This document shows, in pieces, positions 25,744-37,133 of a stretch of DNA of 64,000 bases. Both the position numbers and the translations under genes were made by a program. This stretch comes from Podarcis erhardii (lineage: Eukaryota), in NCBI GenBank assembly GCA_964252035.1, contig OZ176201.1; one strand, 5' to 3'. Numbering within the stretch: the first letter of the stretch is position 1; each line of letters begins with the position of its first letter. The notes under the pieces are model-generated. The model was not told where the DNA came from, ran no database searches, and was given only the letters and a program-made list of their open reading frames with translations.

Positions 25744-26094
25744 TACTATAGTGTCCATAGCTGCAGCAATCTAAAACAAGTCCAGCACTTAGCTTTGAAA
25801 TGCTCTCAGTTTCCACTTGACTTTCTTCTTGACGGTGAACATGACTGTTAACACCTTCAAGTACTTAGCCACTTCAAGTAGGAGGAAAGTCAATATCTCC
25901 TCCTTCCCTTTTCCCCTTCAAAAAAGATAATTTTAAGAGAAAGAAGGGGAAAGGTTCTCTGACACCCGTCCCCCCAATTTCTGTGCTGGAGTAGGATGAG
26001 TGTCAGGTTTAAAAGAGAGAGAGATTTGACATAGGCAACAGAAGCAATGTCTATGAGCATCTCCACGAATTGCCAGATTGGAATACCAATTTGT

Positions 26095-26290
26095 GTCTTG
26101 GATTTGGGAGATCAGGAGTCCAAGCCACCCCTCAACCATGAAGCTCACTGGATGACCTTGGGCCAGTCACCATCTCTCAGGCTAACCTACCTTAAAGGGT
26201 TATTGTGAGGATAAAATGAGGTGGTGGAGAACTGTGTATGCCATCTTGAGCCCATTGCAGGATATAAATGTAAATCAATCAATCAATATT
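26095..26290 (+). mobile_element. Old tRNA-derived SINE
   Basis: Core GATGACCTTGGGCCAGTCAC...GGTTATTGTGAGGATAAAATG, shared with 40443-40685 and 58025-58135. Confidence 0.7.
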
Positions 26291-26349
26291 AAGTTAGAAA
26301 TAACAGATTTTAGGGACTAAAAAGGAAGATCTCTCCATTATGCCACACT

Positions 26350-26432
26350 TGTGAGCTTTCCAGAGGCACTGAGTGACCGCTGGATCAAATGGTCCTTTGA
26401 TATGATCCAGCAATGTAATTCTTAATGTTCTT
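26350..26432 (+). mobile_element. CR1 extreme 3' end, decayed
   Basis: Ends GATCCAGCAATGTAATTCTTAATGTTCTTA, a CR1 TTCTTATG-type tail. Confidence 0.55.
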
Positions 26433-26485
26433 AGTGGCTTTTCAAATATTTACAAACCCAGCTTCAGAAGCAAAATGTTACCAGA

Positions 26486-26989
26486 TGTCAGGGAATGGTT
26501 TGGATCAGAGGATTGGGGAATGCATTCTCAGGCATTTTCAGCGCCTCTCAGAAGAGGAAGAGGAGGGGAAAGATTTGTCCCCCTTGTTTCCTGCATTTTC
26601 AGAAGCAGAGAGAGACACAGACACTGAGCAGTTTCCACAGGAGTTGCCTAGTTACGAGATCAGGGAAGGAGAGAGAGAAGGGAGGGAGCAGCTAGCAGAG
26701 ATGTCATTAGAGAGCGTGGGGGAGCCCTCCCTCTCCAATAACTAGGAGGTTCGTCCGTGTTTGAGAACAGAGAATGCAGAGAGGAGGAGGAACTTTCCGT
26801 TGGCACCCAGGAAGTTGCTGGAAGAGGAAGAGGAATGATTCAGAGTAGCCAACTGCTCTCCTTGTGGAGAGATGTGGGTTTTTGCTTGCAACCAGATAAC
26901 TGATTAAAAAGAACTATAAAATATAAACTGCTCGTTATTCTCTTCTACGAAGTGACTGATGGGGAGGAGAGGATTCTCCACACCTGACA
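26486..26989 (+). mobile_element. Solo LTR (Gypsy-like)
   Basis: 504 bp bounded by the perfect 7-bp inverted termini TGTCAGG and CCTGACA, purine-rich interior, TATA-like segment at ~26914-26927. No TSD seen. Confidence 0.7.
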
Positions 26990-28087
26990 GCACTCTTGCT
27001 CAGGAAGCATGTTTCTACTCTCTTTGGAAAACTACCATTCCACATTACAGGAATCAGCTGTAACACAAAATTGACCTCCAGTGCTAGGGAGACTTTGACC
27101 CTCTGTAGAGTTGGCTATGTTTTGTCAAAGGAAGCTCTGCTGTAAGTCTGGTGCTGTTGATTCAGAAACTCACACATTTACCAATATACACGAGAGCGCC
27201 TTAGGAACATGAGTTTAGGCAGGAGTGTACTCAGGAGGGAGTGCAGAGATGAGATCAGAGCCATTCCAGAAAATGAGCTTTTATTAAGAAAGTAAAACAA
27301 AAGACAGTTTTAATTAGATAAGCCTTAGCTAGAAGGAACAGGCTTTCACAGGCTGGCAGCTTTACTTTGCAAAGATTGCTGGAGTGGAGGGTGGAGTGGG
27401 GAATAAAGACTAACACCCAGAACCCAAGAGTTGAGGAGTCAATCTGACCAGGTTTATCCCACCAAGAATTTATGCCACTAATGGGATCTCACAGAGACTC
27501 AAAAGAGAGCTAGGTTGAGTTCACCCTGCCTGCTGAAGTCACACAGTTTTCAGGACCTACTAGCAATTATGGTCTTAGAAACCAAACCATACAGAAGACT
27601 AGGGTGGAAGGATGATTTCCAGGTGCCCAAGGGGAGGACTTTGACCACTTTTCTTCAGGTGGATGTGTTGCAATGCTCCTTGAGAAGTTGCTCAGAAACA
27701 CAGGGCTCTCAATAACCAATTAACAATTGGTGCATGATGGAATCCACCTGTATCTGCATAGGCTAAAAGTGGGCAGAGAGCCGGGGGGAGCGTACACACA
27801 CACAGCTTGCCTCTAGCATTCCCACACAGGCCAACTACTTTACCACTTTGCCTTGATTTAATGAGTCGACAGAGGAGATTAAGCTTAAGGGAGTCCAAGA
27901 GTTCCCAAGCATATGCATAGAATTTTGGGATACTGGTTGTTGTTTTTCAGTACACGGTGCCATTGGGAACTGCAGATAAACTTACCAGCTGAACTTTCCA
28001 GACAAAATGAAGCCTTTTTTATAGCGTGGAGACTATCAAAATGAAGATGAGCCACCAATCTCTAGCATCAAAAAAAGGTCAAGGTTT

Positions 28088-28262
28088 GGGGGGATGCTCA
28101 GTAGTAGAGCACATGCGTTGCAGGCAAAAGGTTTAATCTCCATTATCTCCAGGCAGGGCTTGGAATGTACCTTCTCTGCAAGCTTGGAGAACCACTGCTG
28201 GTCATTGTTGATCATACTAGATGAGCCAATGGTCTGCCTCGATACAAGGCAGCTTCTTATAT
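28088..28262 (+). mobile_element. tRNA-derived SINE, old
   Basis: A-box-like GCTCAGTAGTAGAGCAC, then ATCTCCAGGCAGGGCT and tail GGCAGCTTCTTAT. Confidence 0.7.
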
Positions 28263-28387
28263 TATTAAGTGTTCTGTATTCCTGAATGAGAGTAAAGTGC
28301 ATTGTGCGGTAGCCATGTAGCAACAAGGTTATCACAGGTAAACTTACAGGTGCCACTTGCTTGAAAAAGTCATGCCATCTATAGCAT

Positions 28388-28765
28388 GTTTTGTTGTTTA
28401 GTCGTTTAGTTGTGTCTGACCAGAGCATGCCAGGCACTTCTGTCTTCCGTTGCCTCCTGCAGTTTGGTCAAACTCATGCTGGTAGCTTCGAGAACACTGT
28501 CCAACCATCTCGTCCTCTGTCGTCCCCTTCTCCTTGTGCCCTCCATCTTTCCCAACATCAGGGTCTTTTCCAGGGAGTCTTCTCTTCTCATGAGGTGGCC
28601 AAAGTACTGGAGCCTCAGCTTCACGATCTGTCCATCTAGTAAGCACTCAGGGCTGATTTCCTTCAGAATGGATAGGTTTGATCTTCTTGCAGTCCATGGG
28701 ACTCTCAAGAGTCTCTTCCAGCACCATAATTCAAAAGCATCAATTCTTCAGCGATCAGCCTTCTT
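28388..28765 (-). mobile_element. Bov-B 3' fragment
   Basis: Minus ORF 28406-28708 WTARRSNLSILKEISPE...QYFGHLMRREDSLEKTL; nearly identical to 9476-9803. Confidence 0.93.
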
Positions 28766-28770
28766 TATGG

Positions 28771-28990
28771 CATACCATCCAACTTTTTCAGACACAAAAC
28801 CAGGACGCGCATCTTCCAGGACATGCTCCTGGGCAAATCATGTGACCCGCGCCTCACTCTTGGCTTAAAAAGGTGCTTTTTTGGGTGGGAAAGAGCACAG
28901 GATGTGAGATTGTGGCACCCAAAATGGCTGCCGGCATCTCATGCAAAAAAGGGGGGGAATGTCCCTTTTTCTGGGCACGTGGAAGGTATG
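28771..28990. mobile_element. Non-autonomous DNA element with CATACC-type TIRs
   Basis: TIRs CATACCATCCAAC / GTGGAAGGTATG; homologous to 21150-21377. Confidence 0.75.
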
Positions 28991-31900
28991 CTATAGGTTT
29001 CAAATTCTGTTTGTTTGTTTATGGCATAGAGTGCTATAGTTAGTGTTGGTTAAAAAATAAGCCTGAATTTATTCAGATGTGAAACATGACAACGCCTGGA
29101 AAATTTAAGTTAGTCAGCATCTTCCCTCCAAGCAATGATTCATCCACTGCTGTTATCGTTGTCATCACAAGGCCAATAAGAAAGATAAGATATGATTACC
29201 TAAAAGACAAACAAAAGTGCCCCCCCCCCCCCGCTGCTCACTTTCTTTGCACAGACCAATCTGACTTTCTAGTTGTGCTACGGCATGTTTATCAGTTTAT
29301 AGTGATTGCAGTAATGCAATTAAGTAATATGGAAAATCTATATCACACCATGCCATCTGCTTTTGACAGACAACCTTATGTGCTTTCTAGTGATCAATAA
29401 GCAAAAGGTAGAATGGCTGTTTAATTGCTTTTGTAATTCCCCATCAAAGCTTTAAAGTGGAGTAAAGAATGACCTTGCTTTTAATTTTTTCCGGTAACTT
29501 CATGCCCAAATGAAGTTTCGTATTTTCTACTAAATACAAAGAGATTTTGGGTGTGTGTGTCAGGGCCAAAGAGAAATTCCTTCATGGGCCACTTCCATTA
29601 AATGGCAGGCTTAACCCCTTCCCTGCTGGTGGCTTTCCCACTGCAGCAGTTCTTGACATGTTTGCAAGGGCAGCAGAATGTGGGGTGCACAGACTGGCAC
29701 CCTTCTAGCAGTGGCTCTGGGTTCACCAGGACAGGGGTGGGATAGGCAAGAGGTGGCAGCAGCTAGAGAGGAGGTTCACAGTAATGTACCCACTCATTTT
29801 TCCTCTCACTGTATCCCTTTATACACTCAGTTTGCTTTGGTCCACTGCTCGCAAAATGCAAAATGCAAAATGCTTGGTTTATTCTTGCTTTTTTTAAAAA
29901 ATGTCATCACTTACTTTGATTCTCCAGGCTGTGTTGTGAGAACTCACTGGACAATGGATTACATTATTTATGGTTCTGCCAGCTGCTGATCATTGCCAAC
30001 CGCCACCAAGCACCCCTTTGCATGCTTCCCAAAATGCTGTAATTTGCTTCTCTTGCACTGTGTCTTTGTTCTGGTCTTTGTGCAAGGTCAACAGAGCATT
30101 TAAATCACTCCCTTTGATTTAAATAATCCCTTTTGAATCACACCTGTGTTTTTTCTTTCTTAATTTGATCCCCACACAAGGGACTCCTGGTTATTTCAAG
30201 GGAAATAAAATCAAACTGAGGGTTCAGTGGGGTCCCTTGCACTCCTTAAGCCACTCCTACTAGAATTTATTGTTTAAGAACTTTTTTCTTACCCCTGAGA
30301 CAGAGCTGGTTGTGATTGCTTGTGCTATCCAGAAATGACTGGGCAGCACAGGAGACTGACAGAATGAAGTCCAGAGTGGTTCTAAATGTGAAATAATGTA
30401 TTTAATATGAATGTAAGAGAATGGATATGGGGAATTGGAGGTTTGGGGTGGACAGTACCCCACTTGTATTAAGTGAGGAGCCTACATTGGGACTTTCTTC
30501 TGTAAATTAGGGCACATGGCCATCCCAGAACATGTTCTCAAATTACTGTTTCCATAATAGTATTGACTATTGTCTTCTGTAAGTGAATGATTCTGAATTC
30601 TGAATTTTGCATTCCCACTCAATCCTTATCTCACTCATCTTGATCTCTGTGTTGCTGCTTTCTTACGTATATTATATTTAGTGTGTTCTCTCTATAGCAA
30701 TATTGTGGCATCATTTAAAGATGCACAATCATTATCAAATTAGGGGATATTTGCCCAACACATTAATTTGGTCCTGTGAATTGGTCTTTAACTGTTACAT
30801 GTTGTTCAGGTGAGAAAAGATAGATCATTTGCCAGAAATAGCAATAGGATTGTCTGAATTGCAAGGGGAGATTTGCAAGAAACTGAACTGCTATTAAATA
30901 TCTCTACACCCCTTCCGCTTTCACTTTTAAAAGCAATTAAAGCTTGCAGGCTCAACCTCTTGTGACGATGACTCGTTACAAAAGGAGGAAGATTATTTAA
31001 TTAGATGACCCATAGAATAAACTGTGCATAAGGTTAAGCGTAATGGGTTGTTTTCCATATTTAAAAATAATGCTGGTTTAATGGATTTCAGACTGGTACA
31101 TGCTATATGTATTTATCTTCATCCTTAATGAGCCTTAGCTCAATCTGGAAAAGGACAAAATAAACACAGGCAACCAAATATTAACCTGCTTCCAGTCAAC
31201 TATCAGAGACAGCTCTGTTGAGTGAGCAAAGCCTCATTAATTGCTTAGGAGGCAGAGACTGCAGTGCTCCTAATAGAAAGGGTGATAGTACACAAAAGGC
31301 TTTAGAGAGAGAAAAAGGATATTTGTGCAGCATAAGAAAGTGCTATCAGCAGGAGTACTCATTTCAAGTAGCCACTTCCTTGTGACTTGAACAGACCGGC
31401 TGCTCACTGACTTATGGCGATAGGGTGCTTTATTATTTTCATATAAGTTGCTACCAAATATCAATCCTAAATAGCTAGTCCTTTCATTTGATTTTTAAAT
31501 GATGTTATGTAAGAGATTGCAGGTATGACTCTCGTAGCGTAAGATGCAAATCAAACCGGTTCAGGATATTGGTATGGAAATTATGGGACTGCTGAGCTAT
31601 ATCAGGGTGAGCATCAGTTACAGAGATTTGGTGGCGTTCTGTTCTTTGAAGGGAACGAAAGGAGTGTAGAATGTTGAAACAATCCATTTGTGTGGAAGGG
31701 AAAAGGAACCAACCCTGTCCTCTTTTCCTTTCAACTTTTTGTAGATCAAGGCCAGGAGACCAGGCATCAGATGCTCACCTTGCTAGACTGAGCATTGGGG
31801 AAATTGTTGCATACTTTCCATAACTCTTTCTTTACTTACAATCTAATAACAGCTAAAGCAGGACAAGAAATGCAGCTTTCACAAGGGCACAGCTATAGGA

Positions 31901-32129
31901 TCCGGGATCAAAGAATCAAAGAGGGTGGTCTCTTGTTATCCCAGAACCAGGCAATGCCCTCTACATCTCTCATTGAACTGGGTGCATATGTCTCTTGATG
32001 GTGACGTGCAGCCGTATTCGCGACCTGCTGGTTGTTACATGGATCACATTTGTGTGTGATTCAGATTAAGGTCATCAGTTTCAAAATAACTATGCAAAAC
32101 AAAGCCAGAGTTTTGTTCATACCAGAAAA

Positions 32130-32245
32130 CAGCCTTCCCCAACCTGGTGCTCTCCAGATGTTGGAGTGTCTAGTCAGCATGGTCAATGGTCTGAGATAAT
32201 GGGAGAGTTACAGTTCAGATATATGGATGAAAGGTCGCCATATAA
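32130..32245. mobile_element. Decayed palindromic hAT-like MITE
   Basis: Starts CAGCCTTCCCCAACCTGGTGCTCTCCAGATGTTGG; family of 8990-9116. Confidence 0.55.
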
Positions 32246-32548
32246 TATTCAAGTTTCAACAATATATCCATCTCAATACTTTTCTATCTAGAGCAGAATT
32301 TCAGAGAACCCATATATTCCAAGGCAGAGCACTAGTGCCATCGAGCCTGGGGCTCTGGACCTGCCTGGGAACGAATATCCTTGATTGTACCTCCACTCTA
32401 CTTTCCCAGTTTTTTTACAGCAGCACAACTGCTCTGAACTGACCAAGTACCATTAAGAAGGTGAAGCCATCCTCTCTACGTATATAGATAAGAAGCCAGC
32501 TTCCACTGATCTCAAAATGTCAATAAAGAAGTCCCAGTTCGTGTTCTC

Positions 32549-33038
32549 TGTTTGGGGACCAGGCAAATTCAGTTGTAGCCTTATTGGAGTTCACCGATTG
32601 GGTCTGCGTTGTTCTGGGACAGGAAGAAGGAAGTCAAATGACACCGAGTTGGTTCAAAGAAAGAGTTTATTCTGTTCTCTGGATAGCAGAAGGCACTTGT
32701 GTGGTGAGTCCACAGTAAGTCCAAAGAAATGACAAGTTTCATGCAGTATATATATCCTCCAGGCACCCTCTCCCTCCTCCCCTAGGAGCCCAACCACATC
32801 AGCCTATGTACACAGGTTGACATCACATATGTTCCTACTCTGGTACTCTCAGCCATAAAAGGATCATCCTTCCTGTACTTCTGACCATAAAAGGATCTTC
32901 CTCTTCCTACTCTTATCTGGGAAGAGGTTATCATCTCTGGGAACACGCTTTTGGTGTTTTTCCCGGACATCGGTCTGCACGTATTTTGTGGTCAGCACAT
33001 AAGATAAGGCACTGACGTGTTTTCTTTGTTCCCCTAGA
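32549..33038 (-). mobile_element. Probable solo LTR
   Basis: Imperfect inverted ends TGTTTGGGGA / TCCCCTAGA. On the minus strand a TATA-like GGATATATATAC precedes GAATAAA. Internal direct repeat CCATAAAAGGATC x2. No TSD seen. Confidence 0.55.
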
Positions 33039-35599
33039 GAGCCAGGGTCATCCCTTGCCGTGACTGATAAAGGAGAGAGCTTTTTTATGCAGCTGTGTCC
33101 TTATTATGCGTTTGCTCAACAGCTCAAGTTTTACGCATTTTAAAATGCTCTGTTTTGAAAGAACAAAAGGGGGAGGTTGAGTCAGTTTTAAACTTACTGC
33201 ACAGAAACCCATTCCTTCACAGTGACCATAGACCCCCTTGAAAGAGACTTCCAGCCAATCTTTTCTACCCAAAATTCTGCACACTTGGTGAATTGTGTAT
33301 TCACTCACTTTTTGGAGGCATTACTGAAGGCTGTTCTTGCCGCCACCCCAAAGGTGTTTGGTACATTGCAGCACTCTTGGCTTTTCTCACTTTGGTAGAG
33401 AAAGCCAGGGACACTCTTTAACCAGTTAACCTTTGGGTTAACCATGTGTAAATGCAATGGGTGCAAGTCTTTCATTAGTACAGCTAGACCCTTGAAGGAA
33501 GTGGAGGATTTTTCAACTTGGAATATTGTTGTGGTTTTGACTATGCTGTTGTTGCTGTTATTATTTGTTCGTTTAGATAAATACTGTTGCTTCCTCGTAT
33601 CTCAGCTGTGTACGTGTGTTCGGAGGAACAACTGCACAGGCATCCTAACTAGAGTCTCATGTATTTCTGGGGTGAGGGGTCCAAACAAGACCCAGATAGA
33701 AATAAAAGAACATAACACCTAGGCACTGAAACAGGACCAGGATGGGGTTACATAAGCAATATGCCTTCTTTTTTACATACATCATCATGTTAGGTTACTG
33801 TATTTAATAGCAGTTACAAACCTCTGTCAATTTCTCTGTGCTTGCACACATGAAATATACTTCAGTCACCCCATCAGTCAAATATACAGCACAAACACAC
33901 ACATACACACACACATACACACTCACTATGGGATTGCATCTCTGCAATTCATACACTACTATGCTTGAATAATAGCATTTGTCTTTTTGTAGCTTTGTTG
34001 CTTGCTTTTTAAAATCTGCATATGTTTTCTTTGGAAAGTAACAATAGCATTTTTGTCACTATCCATAAAAATGCTAAGAGACAAGAATTTTTCGAACTGC
34101 ACAGTCATTAAATTGAAGTGCGGAGAGCATCTTGTATGACAAAAATGAAATCCAGACATACTGAATAAAATAGAAGAGATTAGCAACTGGAAAAAAAGGG
34201 AACAGATGGTTAAAAGCTTGATTCGGGGAGTTGTAGCCAATGGCTCAAATTTTAGCAGCATATGGGAAAGTTTTCAGGAAAGCACAGAATACAGAAACAA
34301 ATTGTCTTAACTATGTGGGAATAATTGGTTTTAAAAAAGCAATAAAGCTCTTTCCCCTATAAAAGAACTGTGATTAAAGAAAGGGATAATGGTGATGCGT
34401 TTGCTAAGGGTCCAAACTGTGATGTGCCATTTTCTCTAGGGCACTTACTTATCTTTTGAGGGGGATACCTTCCAGTTTGTGCAGCCTGATGATGTAAACA
34501 AGGTGATCCTTGGAAAGGTGAAACATGCCTCTTCTATGCCCATCCCTACCTGAAAGTGCTGGGAAGCAGGACAGTCCTACTGAATAAGAGAAGTGCTTAG
34601 AACGTTCTCTCCTGCTTTGAAGGAGGCTATGGTAAGACCATTCCTAAAATGAAATAGTATAGAGCATCATTTCATGTTCAGGGGGTTTCAGTACCAACAA
34701 CTGAATTTCACTTTTCCACCTAATCCTCAGAATGCAGTGGAGCCGATGAACCCATGTCTGAACAGAAGAACATAGAAAGTTCCCTTATACAGAGTCAGAT
34801 CATTTGCTCAATTTCAAAAGTAGGGAGCCCATGGCTTGGCTTTTGAAAAACAAAGGGTCCACATTACTTTTCAGTGCTATTTCTGATATGTTTGGGGTAG
34901 TTTAAGTACAGTTTTTGTTGCAATGACTGTGCACCTCCCATCTCAGTCATTTCAAGAGTTCTGTGCTAGTGTTGGCTAGCTTTCACATATTTGAATGGTT
35001 ACATTTTAATTTCAAGAAATGGTAGTTGGTGTTATCTATTAGTTGGTTATAATGCAATTTGTGATTTATAGCTTGTGATTGGCTTTGTTAATATGAAGCT
35101 GTTTAAGTGTGATTAAATGGAGAGGAGGTGTTAATTGCACTGTGATCTGTTAGTGTTCAGTTGTCCCTTGACCACACTGAACATTAAAAATAACAAGTGA
35201 CTATAATGAACTAAGAAAAGTCAGTAAAACCAAAATCAAGCCTGACACTTGATTTTACATTGTCACATTACATTCAGTTTGATCCAGTTCAAGAGAGTTC
35301 AGATTTCCAGGGTTTGGAAAGGGCCAAAGCAATAGAGAAGAGCAGCTTAGGATACTTTCCTTACGATGTTGTAGCTGTCTCACTAACACTATTTCAGGGA
35401 TAGAACAGCATGTAAAGAAGGCAGGATTCTTTTATCTTGCTCCTCAAAATGCAATAATTGCACCCCGCCCCCACCAAAAAATGTGATCATTAGGTATGCT
35501 TCTGTGACCAAGGTTATGTTTGTTCTGGCTGCAGCCTTCTATATGATCTGTTCTCAGTGTCTCAATTTTCTTTTCTTGTTTCAAATTCCCTTTCTCATC

Positions 35600-36030
35600 A
35601 TTTCCTGTCTGTACTGAGATTGCTCTGTATAAAATCTCTACTGATCTCTTCTATGCTAAGCCACAAGGATTCTCTTCCATGATCATTCTCCTTGATCTCT
35701 CTTGAGGTTTCGGTACCCTTCCTCACTTTCTGCTTCTTAGCGCTCTTCATTCTCTGAATTTTGGTGGACTGTTGTTGATTGGTTTCATGCACATCACACA
35801 AATCACTCTCTTTGATGTCTACGCCAAGTGCTCTCCCCCATCTTCACTGTGCTTTAAAGCTAGAACTGCCAATCCAAACAAAAAGAGCTTCCCCACTCCC
35901 ATCTCCTCCCCCTCTCAAGCTCTGGGTCAACTTAGTTATGTTTTTTCAGGAAGACAGCCAAGACCACAGAGTTACCTAGATGCTTCAGGAGTCCCCAATC
36001 CAATTTGAGGTACCTTGTTAATGGTGATTT
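35600..36030 (+). mobile_element. Ancient L2 RT-region fragment
   Basis: Pyrimidine-rich decayed match to the AK.KG..S.LILLDLS.AFDT motif (ATCATTCTCCTTGATCTCTCT). A probable continuation lies at 36420-36620. Confidence 0.5.
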
Positions 36031-36059
36031 CCAACTTGGAAATGTGGGAACCTTTCTTG

Positions 36060-36395
36060 AATCACAGCATTTTGCCTTGTAATTCATGGTGCACCCAGAG
36101 CTGATGTCCTCCTCAAATAGAAAGCTTTCATCACTAGTAGCCATTAATGGCCCTGTCCTCCAATAACTTGTGTAATCACCTTTTAAATCCATCTAAGATG
36201 GTCACCATCACTGCATCCTGTGGCAGAAAACTCCGTAGCTGTGTGAATAAGTACTTCCCTTTCTCCATCCTGAATTAGCTACCATTGTTTCATTGGATGA
36301 CGCTGGCTTCTGGTAATATGAGAGAGGGAGAAAAAAATACCTCTCTGCCCACTTTTTCCACACACCATGCATAATATTATACACCTCTGTCATGC
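36060..36395 (-). mobile_element. CR1 3' fragment
   Basis: CCTTTTAAATCCATCTAAGATGGTCACCATCACTGCATCCTGTGGCAG...AAGTACTTCC is the reverse complement of the CR1 ORF2 end (compare 44770-44850). Confidence 0.8.
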
Positions 36396-36754
36396 CCTCC
36401 CCATACTCTATATCATTTCAAAATGTGTAGCGTTCCCATTTCTTCATGCTTTGGCCTCTTCTTATTCATCTTCATTGCTTTCTCTCTGTTCTCCTTATTC
36501 CCTTCATTCATCAAATGCTAATCTCCTTACTAAACTGCTGGTCCCTTGTGCAATTTCTCATCTGTGTGCTTTCTCTCTTGCTGCTTATGCCTGGAACTCC
36601 TCTTTGTTCCAGCTTGAAGAAATTATGAATGACACACCTTTTTTCTTCCCTTTCCGTTTGACTTTTTTGACTCTCCTTCGACTTACAGGTCAATTATTAT
36701 CTAGATAAAAAAATTCCTTCCAGTAGCACCTTAAAGACCAACTGAGTTAGTTCT

Positions 36755-36796
36755 AGGTATGAGCTTTCGTGTGCATGCACACTTCTTCAGATACCT
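36755..36796 (-). ncRNA. Minimal type I hammerhead ribozyme motif
   Basis: Exact reverse complement of 37092-37133. Confidence 0.8.
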
Positions 36797-37091
36797 GAAG
36801 AAGTATCAGAAGTATCAGTATTCAGATACCTGAAGAAGTATTCTTCAGGTATCTGAAGAAGTGTGGTATCTGAAGAAGAAGTGTGGTATCTGAAGAAGTG
36901 TGGTATCTGAAGAAGTGTGGTATCAGGTATCTGAAGAAGTGTGGTATCTGAAGAAGTGTGGTATCTGAAGTGTGGTATCTGAAGAAGTGTGGTATCTGAA
37001 GAAGTGTGGTATCAGGTATCTGAAGAAGTGTGGTATCAGGTATCTGAAGAAGTGTGGTATCTGAAGTGTGGTATCTGAAGAAGTATTCTTC
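36797..37091 (+). repeat. Minisatellite of GGTATCTGAAGAAGTGT-type units with short fold-back pieces
   Basis: About 13 units of 14-20 nt (mostly 17 nt) plus three GGTATCA stubs. The unit equals the first 17 nt of the adjacent HHR. Confidence 0.9.
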
Positions 37092-37133
37092 AGGTATCTG
37101 AAGAAGTGTGCATGCACACGAAAGCTCATACCT
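37092..37133 (+). ncRNA. Minimal type I hammerhead ribozyme motif (best copy)
   Basis: Stem I AGGTAT/ATACCT (6 bp), CTGAAGA 37098-37104, stem II GTGTGCATGCACAC 37106-37119, GAAA 37120-37123, predicted cleavage after C37127. Confidence 0.82.

Noticed and set aside
26425-26745. Acidic 106-aa ORF
   Set aside because: It lies within the purine-rich solo LTR and shows no protein family signature.
31505-31687. CpG-containing 60-aa minus ORF
   Set aside because: It has no recognisable homology or convincing splice sites.
34486-34530. CTGATGA...GAAAC as another hammerhead
   Set aside because: Stem II does not close next to the core, there is no NUH after a valid stem III (GAAACATG), and there is no stem I.
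34550-34643. Possible 94-nt minus-strand exon (TTTTAG acceptor, CAG/GTAGGG donor, one open frame)
   Set aside because: The peptide is unrecognisable, no partner exons were found, and such splice-like pairs arise by chance in 64 kb.
36797-37091. CRISPR-like repeat array
   Set aside because: There are no unique spacers or cas genes, the context is eukaryotic, and the units are abutting copies of the element's own 5' end.
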